This document shows positions 1 through 11,197 of a stretch of 64,000 nucleotides of DNA, one piece after another. Location of the stretch: positions 4,154,001-4,218,000 of the forward strand of contig NC_082730.1 in assembly GCF_030144855.1 (NCBI RefSeq), in the 5' to 3' direction. The stretch comes from Hypanus sabinus. Lineage: Eukaryota. Every line of letters begins with the position of its first letter. Position 1 is the first letter of the stretch. The notes under the pieces were generated by a model that saw nothing but the letters and a program-made list of their open reading frames with translations, had not been told where the DNA came from and ran no database searches. The translations under genes and the position numbers were made by a program.

Positions 1-142
1 AGCAGGGTCTGAGTAACTCCTCCCCGATCCCATTAACTCTGTCATGATGTGTTTGTGGGTTGGGCAATAATACAAAGATTGAGACGTTTGTGGTCATGTT
101 TGTGAATGTAACCCCGGTTGCTCAGTGTCTGGGGAGATTTGA

Positions 143-2712
143 CACTCTGCGGCCATTTTGTTGATAACATCCTGTAACTAATAAATTGGCCACTAAGGGT
201 GTGTTCGTGGTCTTCTGCTGCTGTTGCCCATCCACTTCAAGGTTCAAGGTGTTCTCAGAGATGATAAGGTGAATGAGCTTAGAGCATGGACTGGGACAAT
301 TTGTTTTATGGGAAGGATGTAATACAGAAATGGAGGTTATTTAAAGGTGAACTTTTAAGGATATAGAATCTTTATGTTCCTGTTACGTTGAAAGGAAAGG
401 TTAAAAGTTTGAGAGAGCCATGGTTTTCAAGGGATATTGGAAACTTGGTTAGGAAAAAGAGAGAGATCTACAATAAAGATGGGCAGCATGGAGTAAATAA
501 GGTGCTTGAGGAATATAAAGAATGGAAAAGGAATCTTCAGAAAGAAATTAGAAAAGCTAAAAGAAGTTATGAGGACGCTTTGATAGGAAAGGTGAAAATA
601 AATCCAAAGGGTTTCTACAGTTATATTAATAGCAAATGAATAGTGAGGGATAAAATTGGTCCCTTAGAGAATCAGAGTGGACAGTTATGTGTGGAGCCAA
701 AAGAGATGGGGGAGTTTTTGAACAATTTCTTTTCTTTGGTATTCACTAAGTAGAAGGATATTGAATTGTGTAAGGTAAGGGAAACAAGTAGGGTGGTTAT
801 GGAAACTATGATGATTAAAGAAGAGGAAGTACTGGTGCTTTTAAAGAATATGAAAGTGGATAAGTCTCCAGGTCCTGACAGGATATCCACAGGACCTTGA
901 GGGAAGTTAATGTAGAAATAGCAGGGGCTCTGACAGAAATATTTCAAACGTCATTATAAATGGGGATGGTGCCAGAGGATTGGCATATTGCTCATGTTGT
1001 TCCATTGTTTTAAAAGGGTTCTAAGAGTAAACCTAGCAAGTAAGTTTTACATCAGTGGTGGGTAAATTAATGGAAATTATTCTTAGAGATGGTATATATA
1101 ATTATCTGAATAGACAGGGTCTGATTACAAACAGTCAACATGAACTTGTGTGTGGAATGTCATGTTTGACAAATCTTATTGAATTTTTTGAAGAGGTTGC
1201 AAGGAAAGTTGATGATGGTAAAGCAGTGGATGTTTTCTATATGGACTTCAGTAAGGCCTTTGACAAGGTTCCGCACGGAAGGTTAGTTAAGAAAGTTCAA
1301 TCGCTAGGTAGTAATATTGAAGTAGTGGAATGGATTCAACAGTGGCTAGATGGGAGATGCCAGAGAGTAGTGGTGGATAACTGTTTGTCAGGTTGGAGGC
1401 CAGTGACTATTGGTGTACCTCCAGGATCTGTATTGGGTCCAAAGTTGTTTGTCATATACATTAATAATCTGGATGATGGGGTGGTATATTGGATTAGTAA
1501 GTATGCAAATGATAATAAGATAGGTGGCGTTGTGGATAATGAAGTAGGTTTTCAAAGCTTGCAGAGAGATTTAGGCCAGTTAGAAGGGTGGGCTGAAGTA
1601 TGGCAGATGGAGTTTAATGCTGATAAGTGTGAGGTGCTTCATTTTGGTAGGACTAATCAAAATAGGACATACATGGTAAATGGTAGGGCATTGAGGAATG
1701 CAGTAGAACAGTGTGATCTAGGAATAATGGTGCATAGTTCCTTGAAGGTGGAATCTCATGTGGATACGGTGGTGAAGAAAGCTTTTGGTATGCTGGCCTT
1801 TATAAATCAGAGCACTGAGTATAGGAGTTGGGATGTAATGTTAAAATTGTACAAGGCATTGATGAGGCCAAATTTGGAGTATTGTGTACAGTTCTGGTCG
1901 CTGAATTATAGGAAAGATGACAACAAAATAGAGAGAGTACAGAGGAGATTTACGACAATGTTACCTGGGTTTCAGCACCTAAGTTACAGAGAAAGGTTGA
2001 ACAAGTTAGGACTTTATTCTTTGGAGCGTAGAAGGTTGAGGGGGGACTTGATAGAATTATTTCAAATTATGAGGGGGATATATTGAGTTGATGTGGATTT
2101 TTCCATTGAGAGTAGGGGAGATTCAAACAAGAGGACATGAGTTGAGAGTTAAGGGGCAAAAGTTTAAGGGTAACACAAGGGGAAACTTCTTTACTCAGAG
2201 AGTGGTAGCTGTGTGGAACGAGCTTCCAGTAGAAGTGGTACAGGCAGGTTCGATATTGTCATTTAAAAAACAATTGGATAGGTATATGGACTGGAGCGGA
2301 ATGGAGGGTTATGGGCTGAGTGCAGGTCAGTGGGACTAGGTGTGAGTAAGCATTTGGCACGGGCTAGAAGGGCCGAGATGGCCTGTTTCCATGTGTAATT
2401 ATTATATGGTTATGTGCTCTTCTCTACAGCACTGTTGTAACGTGTGGTTATTTGAGGTACTGTCACTTTCCTGTCATCTTGAACCAGTCTGGCTATTCGC
2501 TGCTAGCCTCTCTTATAAACAAGGCACTTTTGCCCAAGGAAATGCAGCTCAATGTTGTTTTTTAGTTTTAATCACCTCCATCTGTAATATGTAGAGATCG
2601 ATGTGGTGAAAATTCCAGATCAGCATTGAATTGTTTCCACCTGATGACTGACTTGATATTTGCATTAACAAGCAGATGTCCGGTTGTATCCAATAAAGTG
2701 AACATTGAGTGT
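143..2712. mobile_element. Degenerate Tc1/mariner-derived non-autonomous element (MITE), split by a CR1 insertion
   Basis: The ends CACTCTGCGGCCATTTTGTT... (143) and ...AATAAAGTGAACATTGAGTG (about 2692-2711) resemble the CACTCAGTGGCCACTTTATT-type Tc1 TIR. The uninterrupted paralog is at 34173-34688. Confidence 0.6.
264..2414 (+). mobile_element. CR1-clade LINE, 5'-truncated and internally deleted ORF2 (RT) with 3' end
   Basis: ORF 1055-2086 has CR1 RT motifs (YMDFSKAFDKVPH, GVPPGSVLGP, YAND from YADD, LEYCVQFWS). It ends in the CR1 tail GGCCTGTTTCC..TAATTATTATATGGTTAT. It is absent at the homologous site in unit 2 (about 34268). Confidence 0.95.
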
Positions 2713-4142
2713 GCTCCAGGCACAGCCCTGCAGTGGATTCAGCGACCAGCATCTCAGTGTGGAGAAGCCATCCAGAGTGAGACAGAGAGAGATACTGTAG
2801 AGAAACTGTACCTTCAAACCACTGAGTCTACACTAACCATCAAACACCTGCTTACACTCATCCTATATTAACAGTGTCTGGTCCAGCTGGCGTTCCTGGC
2901 CAAGTACTAAAGATCTGTGTGGTCCAACTAGCAGGAGTATTTAGCACTTTCTTCACTGTAGAGCCGCACGTGGCTGGAAATGTGGTTAGAACCAGAGAAG
3001 TTGCCCCAAAGACACTCTGATTCATTTTTAAAATCTCTCCGTCTCCATCATATGAGACTGGAGATAGAAGCACTCTGCAGTTCAGGACACTTTGTGGAAT
3101 GAGAAAAGAGCCAAAATTTCAAGTCAAAGACTCTTCATTAGAACGGTGGAGTAGAAAAAAACTGAAGGAAAAGTGGGTGTGAGGGTGTTGCTGATAGGGT
3201 GCCATGGGGATAAACTGGCTACAAGATTATCTGGTCAATGGCTGATTGGAAATTGGAATCAGTTGGAACTGGGAGAACATGGAGAAAAGGATATTGATCA
3301 GAATGTATAGACATCAACTATTGAACAGGAAGCCTGCTCTGGAAGGCCATGCTCCACTGCCACATCTAGCTAGATGCCCTGACACCCTTCTTAAGCCAAT
3401 CACCCCTAGTGGGGCACAGGCTATTGACAGCAGCTCACTAGAGAACTCTATCCATCTAAACAGGGAATTCTGACTCTCCAGGACAACAGAAACCTGCCCA
3501 GAAACTGTAGCATTGGACTGTACACCCTTTTGCTCCAAGGTCTTATGAGGAGTGGCAGAGTCCTCAGAGACAGACTCAAACTGCGACTCCACACTCACCA
3601 CCGGACACTGGAGATCCAGCCAACAGGAGAGGGTCGGACAGTGCAGTGTGTACAGGAGCAGTCGGTGGAAAGGAACCCCCTGGGGATGGGAGGTGCTGCC
3701 GGTGGGACATTTCCCAGAGACGGCTGAATTTGTGCTGAACCAGCTCTGTAGGAGAGCTTGGGGACCCAGATCCAGTGACAATTCAGTCTGAGTGGTGGTC
3801 ACCTTGAGTCCAATCAGTCGACAACCTTACCCCTGCACACCCACAGTGAGGGTATCCCAGTGTCTGTCCCCAAACCTCCATGAATATGTCTGTGACCACA
3901 CCCAACCACTGATATCTGGCAGCAGGTTGAAACTTCATTTCTCAGGGCTGGGGGCAGAGAGTCTTGAATCCGGATGAAGGGTCTCAGCATGAAACAACAG
4001 GAACTTTGTGTTGTCTGTCTCACAGGGCTGGGAGCAACATGATGGGCCGAATGTCTTCCTCCAGTGTCTTTGATTTTCCCAGGTCTGATTCCTCTTCCTA
4101 TCCCTGACCTCACCTATGGACTGTCTTGTCTTGTCTCCTCAG

Positions 4143-4466
4143 CTGGGACTGCGGTTCCCCCAACCACTGTGACCGGAACTCAGGGACACTCGGTCTCCTT
4201 ACATCCTGGGATCCCAGTCGGACCGGACATTCCTGAGGTTGAGTGGAGTCGGGTATAGCCCAGAAACAGGATTGTGAAGTACACAAATGGGAACATTAAC
4301 TATTATGGTAATGGGCTGTACAAGAACAGGATTACCTTTCATCCCAGGAACGTCAGTCTGGAAATCCATGATCTACGGAGAGAAGTTGCTGGGGATAATG
4401 ATGTGATTTATACAGCCGCAAGTTCAAGAGATGAATATAATACAAGGGTGCGACTGGAGGTGTACG
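4143..4466 (+). pseudogene. Gene 1 IgV exon (Cys-less V domain) with in-frame stop
   Basis: Acceptor ctcctcAG|CT, donor TACG|GTGAGT, 324 nt. Translation: GTAVPPTTVTGTQGHSVSLHPG...EWSRV*PRNRIVKY...VRLEVY. Confidence 0.92.
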
Positions 4467-6094
4467 GTGAGTGAGACCGGTCCCTGAAACACCCCTAATG
4501 GATGGGTGAGGGCAGATCCTGTGTGTTTCCCTGTTTACTGAAACCCACTGATTACCCGTGTCTGGGGCTGGGCTCATGGTCCCAGTGTAGTGAGTCTGGA
4601 GGATACACCCGCCACATCCACCGAGGCTGAGTCAGGAGCCGGGAGGGATCGAACCAACAATGGGGAATCTCATGTGTCTGAGACTGAGGGAGCTCAGCAC
4701 ACAGGGAGAATGGACCTGGTGTGAATGGGCTGGACAGTCTGTATCTGTGGGTCTCAGTTGCACACTCTACCCCAGGTCAAAGGCCTGGTCTGTCGTGTTC
4801 AGGGATCCCAGTTATCCCATCTGGTTCCTGGGACACTGCTTGTTAATTCCACAGACTGAGGTCGGAGCTCAGCAAAGTGTTTATTCCTCAGCCTTCATGC
4901 TGTGCTGTGCCTTACACTGAATATAGTGTCCCAGTGAGTGATACAGTACACGGACACAACAGCAAACTCACACACAACAATATGGTTCCTGACTCACTCT
5001 AACAGTAATATCACATTCACAGTAATCCCACTCAACAACGTCTGGTTGAGGAACCTTCTCTCCTCTGTTTGGGCGCATTGTGTAGTTAAGGAATATCGCA
5101 GATATTCACCTCAGCAGCAATCCATCTTCAGACATGAAGGTGGATTGGAGATTAGATTTAAAATGCTTCTCTGAACAGTAGTTTTCTTGCAGCTGTAGGC
5201 TGGAGTTGATTGCAAACCAGACAATTCCACTTAACATTCATTTTGCGTGTCTTGAGTGTGGGTGTGAAGAAGGAGGTGTGGAAACTATATGTAAGTCAAA
5301 GGAAGCATTGTAGATACATTATAACTATACAATTCTCCTGCATTTTCCTTTGGCATATAAAAATATCATGTTATATTGGGTCGGGAGGCCGTTTCCTCCA
5401 AGATTGTCTCAATACGATGTCTGCTGCTTGTTCTTGTTGAATAAGACTTTTCTATATCCACCAGCTTTCGTGTCTCTCTGGTGACTTCAAGTTACAACAT
5501 CCTCCATCTCAGTGTTAATGTTCACCATCTGCAGGAGGAGAACATTAGAACAGCTGGAGACATGCCCTTGTCTATACACTGGTCTCCACTGGGATAGTGT
5601 CAGAGGTCAGTATCAGTGTGTCAGAGTGGGAGCAGGATGGAGAATCAAAGTGACAGCAACTAGAACTTCTGAGTCACAATGGTGCCTGAATTGAAATGTC
5701 CCTCAAGGTGGTCGATGACACTGTGTCTGGTTTCTCAGTGGAGAGAAGGTCACCGTGTGAACACTGAGTGAGTTCACTGAATTGGGAGTATACGTCAATC
5801 ACTGTTTCATCCTTTGGTGCCCTGCATGGAGGGAAGGGAAATGGTCATGTGATACCTCCTCCTGTGGATGTCCAGAACGTGGTGTGGGACATGGAGTGAT
5901 GGGAGTTGTGGGTGTGGCAGTAGAGCAGAGCAAGGTGTTACTCAGGGAGAAACTGGTCAAAATATGTAAGAAAGAGGGAAGGGAGTGGAATGTAAGTCTG
6001 AGGATAGTGTAAACTAAATGGGTAAAGTTACTCAAAGGTATTCTAAAGGACCGAGCATAAAAATATTTGGATTGGGAGATAGTTGAAATGTTTC

Positions 6095-7080
6095 TCTGTG
6101 TGGTAGATTGTGTCTAGATTTTTGAGGAGGCTATTGGAAAGTTGATGAAGGAAAAGCAGTTAAATTTGTCTACATGGACTTTAACAATGTCCTGCATGGG
6201 ATGTTGATGAAGAATGTTTATTGCCTTGGCATTCAGGTTGAGGTTGCAAATTGGATTCGACATCGGCTTTGCAAGTGATCTACAAGATGGTTGTCTCTCT
6301 GATTGGAGGACTGTGATTAGTGAAATGCCTCAAGGATTGGTGCTGGGTCCTTATTGTTTGTTATCTATATCAGCGATCTGGGTGACAGCGTGGTTAACTG
6401 GATCATCAAATTTGAGGATGACACTGATTGGGTGTACGGTGAGGAATACTATCAAAACCTTTAGCGGGATCTGGACCAGCAGGAATAATGAGCCGAAAAT
6501 TGGCAGTTTCAATTTGATGCAGACGAGTACAAAGCCTTGACCCTTGGGAAGTAAACCAGGGTGGAACTTAAATAATGACCAGTCAGGTACTGAAGAGTGT
6601 AGTAGAATAGAGAGATCTTGGAATACAGAACAATGAATTCATGCAAGTGGTGTCACAGGCAGATAGGGTCATAAAAAAAGCTTTTGGCACATTGGCCTTC
6701 ATCCAACCAAAGGATTGGGTCCAGGAGTTGCAATGTTATATTGAAATTTTATAAGAACTTGGAGAAGCCTAATTTGGAGTATTTGTGCAATTTTGGTCAC
6801 CTACGTACAGGAAAGTTATAAACGAGATTGGAAGAATGAAGAGTATCAGGACTTGAGGACCTGAGTTATAGGGGAAGTTGGGGGAATTTCTTCATCCAGA
6901 GGGTGGAAAAAGGTGCAGGTGGAAGTGTTGGAACCAGGTTCAATTTCAATGTCTAACTGAAACTTGAATAAATATTGGGAGGGATGTGAAAGACTTTGTC
7001 CAGATGTGGATCAGAGGAGATAGTTATCGACTAGATGGACTGAAGAGCCTGCTTTGACACTGCAATGCTCTGTGATTCAA
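6095..7080 (+). mobile_element. Old degenerate CR1 LINE 3' fragment in intron 2 (shared with unit 2)
   Basis: Decayed RT motifs (FFEE, MDF, PQGLVLGP, NLEYLVQFWSP) in shifting frames. The paralog is at 37185-38155, so it predates the duplication. Confidence 0.85.
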
Positions 7081-7698
7081 TGCAGTCTCATTGAAAGGAC
7101 CAGGAAGCATAGATGTTGATCCACTGAAGGTGGAGACCAGTGGGGTTGAAGGAAAGGGCCAGAGGAAACACATCCTTGTTTTCGGTGGGAGAGGGTGTGA
7201 GAACAGAGACGTAAGAAATGGAACAGGTTCTCAGGGTCTCACACCTTCATCATAATCTGGGCAGGCAGAGTGGAGATTGAGAGATTGACAGAATAGAATG
7301 GGCTGTATCTTGTGTTGGACCAGATTCAAGGCAGCTCTGGGCTGGGGCTCACTCAGGTTTTAGGCTTTGAAGGGATGCAGGGACCACACAGAGGAGGAAC
7401 AAAAGACATGGAAATGGAGAGAATTTCTGGCATAGAGCGCTATAAACTGGACATGATGGAGAGTTTGTAGATGAGTGTGGGTTGTATTTGTGAAAGAGGG
7501 TGTAGCACATGGGAACTTCATTCATCAGCAGGTCACTGAACAAAAGGGTGAGGGAAGGTTTAAATCATTGGGTAAAAATGAGGTGGGATTGGTTTGAAGT
7601 TCACTTTGGACTGTTGGAGATGAGATGAAGGAGTTGGGGATCGAGCTGTCCACGATGATCTCCTTTACTCATCTTCTATCTCTCCCTCACGCCCTCAG

Positions 7699-7985
7699 AG
7701 CCTGTGTCAGGAGCAAACATCACGGTTCAGAACATCACCGGGACCTGTAACCTCACCCTGACCTGCTCCGTGGCCTCTGGCACCCCACCAGCTTCAGTTG
7801 GTGGAGAAGAGGAGAAGTTACAGGAGACAACAACAGCCATCACTTCTGGAAACACGGAGAGACGTTACAGGTTCATTGCACAGCAGAGATGGAGGATGTG
7901 GTGTACAGGTGTGAGGCCAGCAACCCCATCAGTGAGGACACCGCACAGGTCCGGCTGGGGAACGTCTGTAATCTGGACATATGGA
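7699..7985 (+). pseudogene. Gene 1 IgC2 exon with -1 frameshift
   Basis: Acceptor ccctcAG|AG, donor TGGA|GTGAGT. EPVSGANITVQNITGTCNLTLTCSVASG is followed by GGCACCCC versus GGCAACCCC in gene 2. The downstream YRCEASNPIS is in the shifted frame. Confidence 0.92.
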
Positions 7986-9257
7986 GTGAGTGTCGGAGGA
8001 AGGAGTTGGGATTTAGTTATCTCTCCATCCCAGGAGAGTGAGATGGGACAGCACAGAGGAACTTCAGTTTGTATCCATTCTGCACCCTGACATTGTCTGA
8101 GAGGATACTGTAGAGAACCATTCACTTTACAGGCAACCTTCATTTTTGGATTTTATCCTCCGGACTCTGCTCATATTTTGTCAGCATCGCCTGAGTGAGG
8201 AAGTGAAGTGCAGTTTGCAGAAGGTCCACATTGAATCAACTGTGTACTGTTCCTGGAAGGAGCGAATGATTAGATTGGAGGAAAGGATTATTTATGATGG
8301 CTGAGGCACCAAGTGGTCAGGGAGGTGCAGGCTGAGCTTAAGGAGAGAAGTTACTGAGGGAGTGTGAGGGAGCTGGATTGAAATCAGTGGAAATAGAATC
8401 CATGGCACATGTGCTGGGGAAGAGGGTTTACTGAGAGTTTCCTTCTTGACAGAATTGGACTAATATTTGTGGAGATCTGGTCAATGATACAGGCCCCCAG
8501 CTGTGAGTGATTTTAGAGGGAGAATGTGAGAGTTGGATTAACCAGCGAGTCCATAGATACAAAGCCGAGTGCAGCCGGAGCAGGACAGACTCGGTGTCTG
8601 TTCATCACACAGTGGGACAAATCGTTGAGAAGTTTTCAGTCACAAAACCCTGAGCATCTGGAGCCGGACACAGACTCAGCCTCAGCTCCGTGGGGAAGGG
8701 AGTGAACATCACAGAGCAGTAATGGACTGTACCAGGGAGCTGGATTAACATCATTAGAGATACAGACAGTGACAAAGACATGAGGCGAGAGGGACTACAG
8801 AGGGATAATGTGAGGGAACAGAATTAAATCACTGGAGGAACAGTCAGTGGCGCTGGAGACTGAGGGAGAGGGGTGTCTTAGGAACTAGGTAAGTGAGATT
8901 GAATGACATCACTGGACATACATTTAGTGACTCAGGAAGTTTGTGGAGAGGAGGGATGAAGGGAAAACATGAAGAACTCAGTCAGTGTCAGCAGGTACAT
9001 TCAGTGATACACAGTGATGGGGAAGAGGGATTCCTGGTGAGAGTGTCGGGAAGTGGCGTCAACACGGTTTGGATATGGCCCAAGTGCGGAGTGAGGGACA
9101 CTGAGGCAGGTTGATGGTTCAGACTTTAATTCGAAAAAGGGAAAATTAAACAATAAATGGTAGGCCAAACAGCGCCTGTTAACTAAAACTCTCGAAAGGG
9201 AAACAAAGCCCACACTGCGGCCGAAAAGAATATCTGAACATTAAACGAATACCAAGT

Positions 9258-9385
9258 AACGCACATAAAATTCTGGTAGAACGCCACAGGCCAGGCAGCA
9301 TCTATAGGAAGAAGTACAGTTCACACTTCAGGCCGGGACTCTTCATCAGGACTAACAGAAAGAAGAGATAGTAAGAGATTTTTAA
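9258..9385. repeat. Short interspersed repeat fragment (same family as the foldback at 26520)
   Basis: AACGCACATAAAATTCTGGTAGAACG..CAGGCCAGGCAGCATCTATAGG is similar to 26523-26570. Confidence 0.6.
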
Positions 9386-9647
9386 ATGAATACTGCTAGT
9401 CTTCAGTGTTAGTTGATTTTGAAAGTCCAATGGCTCAGGGAAGGCCGAATGCAAAACAGCAGCGAAGCTTTGCTATGATCTGTCCAAGTCTCGATGAGCA
9501 CTACAACGACAAGAATGTAGTTAAATACTATCACGATTAAATAATAATTACCTGACCCTTCCAAATTCACAAGTGCGATTGCCGTATCTACTGCGCTACC
9601 GAATCTGTGGTTATGACAAGCGGAGTTTTCTGTCAGACACAAAACAA

Positions 9648-9930
9648 TCATAAGACTATAAGATATAGGAATAGAAGTGGGCCATTTGGCTCATTAATCC
9701 TGCTCCACCATTCAATCACGGGCTGATCCAATTCTTCCAGTCATCCCCACTCCCATGCTTTCACCACACACCTTTTGATGCCCTGGCTAACCAAGAACCT
9801 ATCTATCTCTGCCTTAAATACACCCTTGGCCTCCACAGCTGCTCGGTAAAACAAGATCCACAGATTTACCACCCTCTGACTGAAGTAAATTCTCTGCAAC
9901 TCAGTTCCAAAAGGACGTCCTTGAATTATG
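9648..9930 (-). mobile_element. CR1 LINE 3' end fragment
   Basis: Reverse complement of a CR1 3' UTR with CATAAGACTATAAGATATAGG tail; similar to 43629-43920. Confidence 0.75.
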
Positions 9931-10254
9931 GAGTCAGTGAGAAAGAACTAAATTAACATGAGTAGATTTGCAGTCAGTTGCACAGGCACTGAGAAAGAAG
10001 GGCTTTCGAGGGAATGGATGAGGCAGAGGATAACAGCTTTAATTAATGCCATCTATTCTTTCCTGGCTGTTTAAGGCCACAGGGTCTCTGTATTTCTGGA
10101 AGATTTTTTGTACCTTTGTTTGAGAAGATGGGCAACTTCAGTTTTGATTCCTATACCATTTCCTTAATTCCTGTCACAAACATTTCCAAATATGTCTGTC
10201 AACTGTACTCTTCATCTGTGTACCAATGGGAACACGATAGTGTAGAAGGGTGGA

Positions 10255-10500
10255 GGAGGATAGCGATGTGATAGTGATGAGGGGATGGGGGGGACTGAGG
10301 GGTATTGGAAGGGAGAAGGGAGGGAAATGATTTGATAGTGATTGGGGGAATAGGGATGAAGAGGGGACTGATGGGTATTGGAGGGGAGAGGTGCAGGACA
10401 GTGATGTGATGGAGATCGGAGGGAATAGGGGTGGAGGGACTGAGGGATGTTGGAAGGGAGGGGAGCAGGATGGAGAGGTGGGGTTTGGAGGGGATTTATG
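10255..10500 (+). repeat. G/purine-rich degenerate minisatellite (about 60-75 bp units) in intron 3
   Basis: Recurrent GTGATGTGATAGTGA..GGAGGGAAT..GGGACTGAGGG..TTGGAGGG units; the expanded paralog is at 40765-41135. Confidence 0.7.
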
Positions 10501-10645
10501 TGATGGTTATTGCAGGGTACTGAGAGACTGTTGAGGTGACAGGGAGTTTTCTCTGACTGAGGAGGGATGGAGTGAATTCAATCCTGTGTCACTGGGAGGC
10601 TGAGGACTGGATTCATCAGGAAATCTTTCCTCCTTTGTGTTACAG

Positions 10646-10795
10646 CCCCTAAAACAACAGCAGTGTCAGTTGCAGTGACCCTGGTGATTGGACTATCAGT
10701 GGTGGGGACCCTCCTGATTTCTGCTCTCACTGCAATCTTTATGGTCACATGGAGGAGAAGACCTGATGGAACAGCAGTAACTTCAGGGACTGAAA
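10646..10795 (+). pseudogene. Gene 1 transmembrane exon (uncharged TM)
   Basis: Acceptor tgtgttacAG|CC, 150 nt. Translation: TPKTTAVSVAVTLVIGLSVVGTLLISALTAIFMVTWRRRPDGTAVTSGTE. It ends at a GC donor (GAAA|GCAAGT). Confidence 0.88.
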
Positions 10796-10958
10796 GCAAG
10801 TGGATCTGACATTCTGTCTTTGAGTCTAGTATTTGTGGGAGGGAGAGAGAGTGGGTGGGGTAGGGAGGTAACAACAGGGGTGGGAGAGAGGGGTTATATG
10901 GGGTAAAGTGGAAATGGTTTCAGTACATACCCTGTCACCTCTGCTTTCTGTCCCACAG

Positions 10959-11197
10959 ACCCATTGGAGACAGACATCACTTATGCAAATCTTCCGAAGA
11001 ATCGCAGTGTCTGGCTGCCCCCCAGGGGGAATGACAGAATAATGACAGACACGTTACCCCTGGAAAGAGGGCACCCAGGGATCACTCACAGTCCTTGGGG
11101 CAGACTGAATGTAAGGCCTGCATGTAATCTGAACAATCCCATAATCAACCACAGGTCCCTGTCACTAGGGATCGTTCCAACCACTACTGCATATTAA
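10959..11197 (+). pseudogene. Gene 1 cytoplasmic-tail exon with ITIM (ITYANL at 10976-10993)
   Basis: Acceptor tcccacAG|AC. In the phase-1 frame it reads PLETDITYANLPKNRSVW..., matching the ITIM consensus I/V/L/S-x-Y-x-x-L/V. Stop TAA at 11195-11197. Confidence 0.82.

Larger units (their letters stand above)
4143..11197 (+). pseudogene. Gene 1: CD2/SLAM-family-like Ig receptor pseudogene (IgV, IgC2, TM and ITIM-bearing tail exons; leader exon upstream of window)
   Basis: Four phase-1 exons are paralogous to intact gene 2. There is a TAG at 4256-4258 (TGG in gene 2), and the C2 exon is 287 nt versus 288 nt (frameshift). Confidence 0.88.

Noticed and set aside
1055-2086. Longest ORF (343 aa) as a host gene
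   Set aside because: It is CR1 reverse transcriptase with a degenerate catalytic motif (YAND) and broken flanking frames.
10973-10993. ITSM (SAP-binding T-x-Y-x-x-V/I)
   Set aside because: The residue at -2 is Ile and at +3 is Leu, which fits ITIM rather than ITSM.
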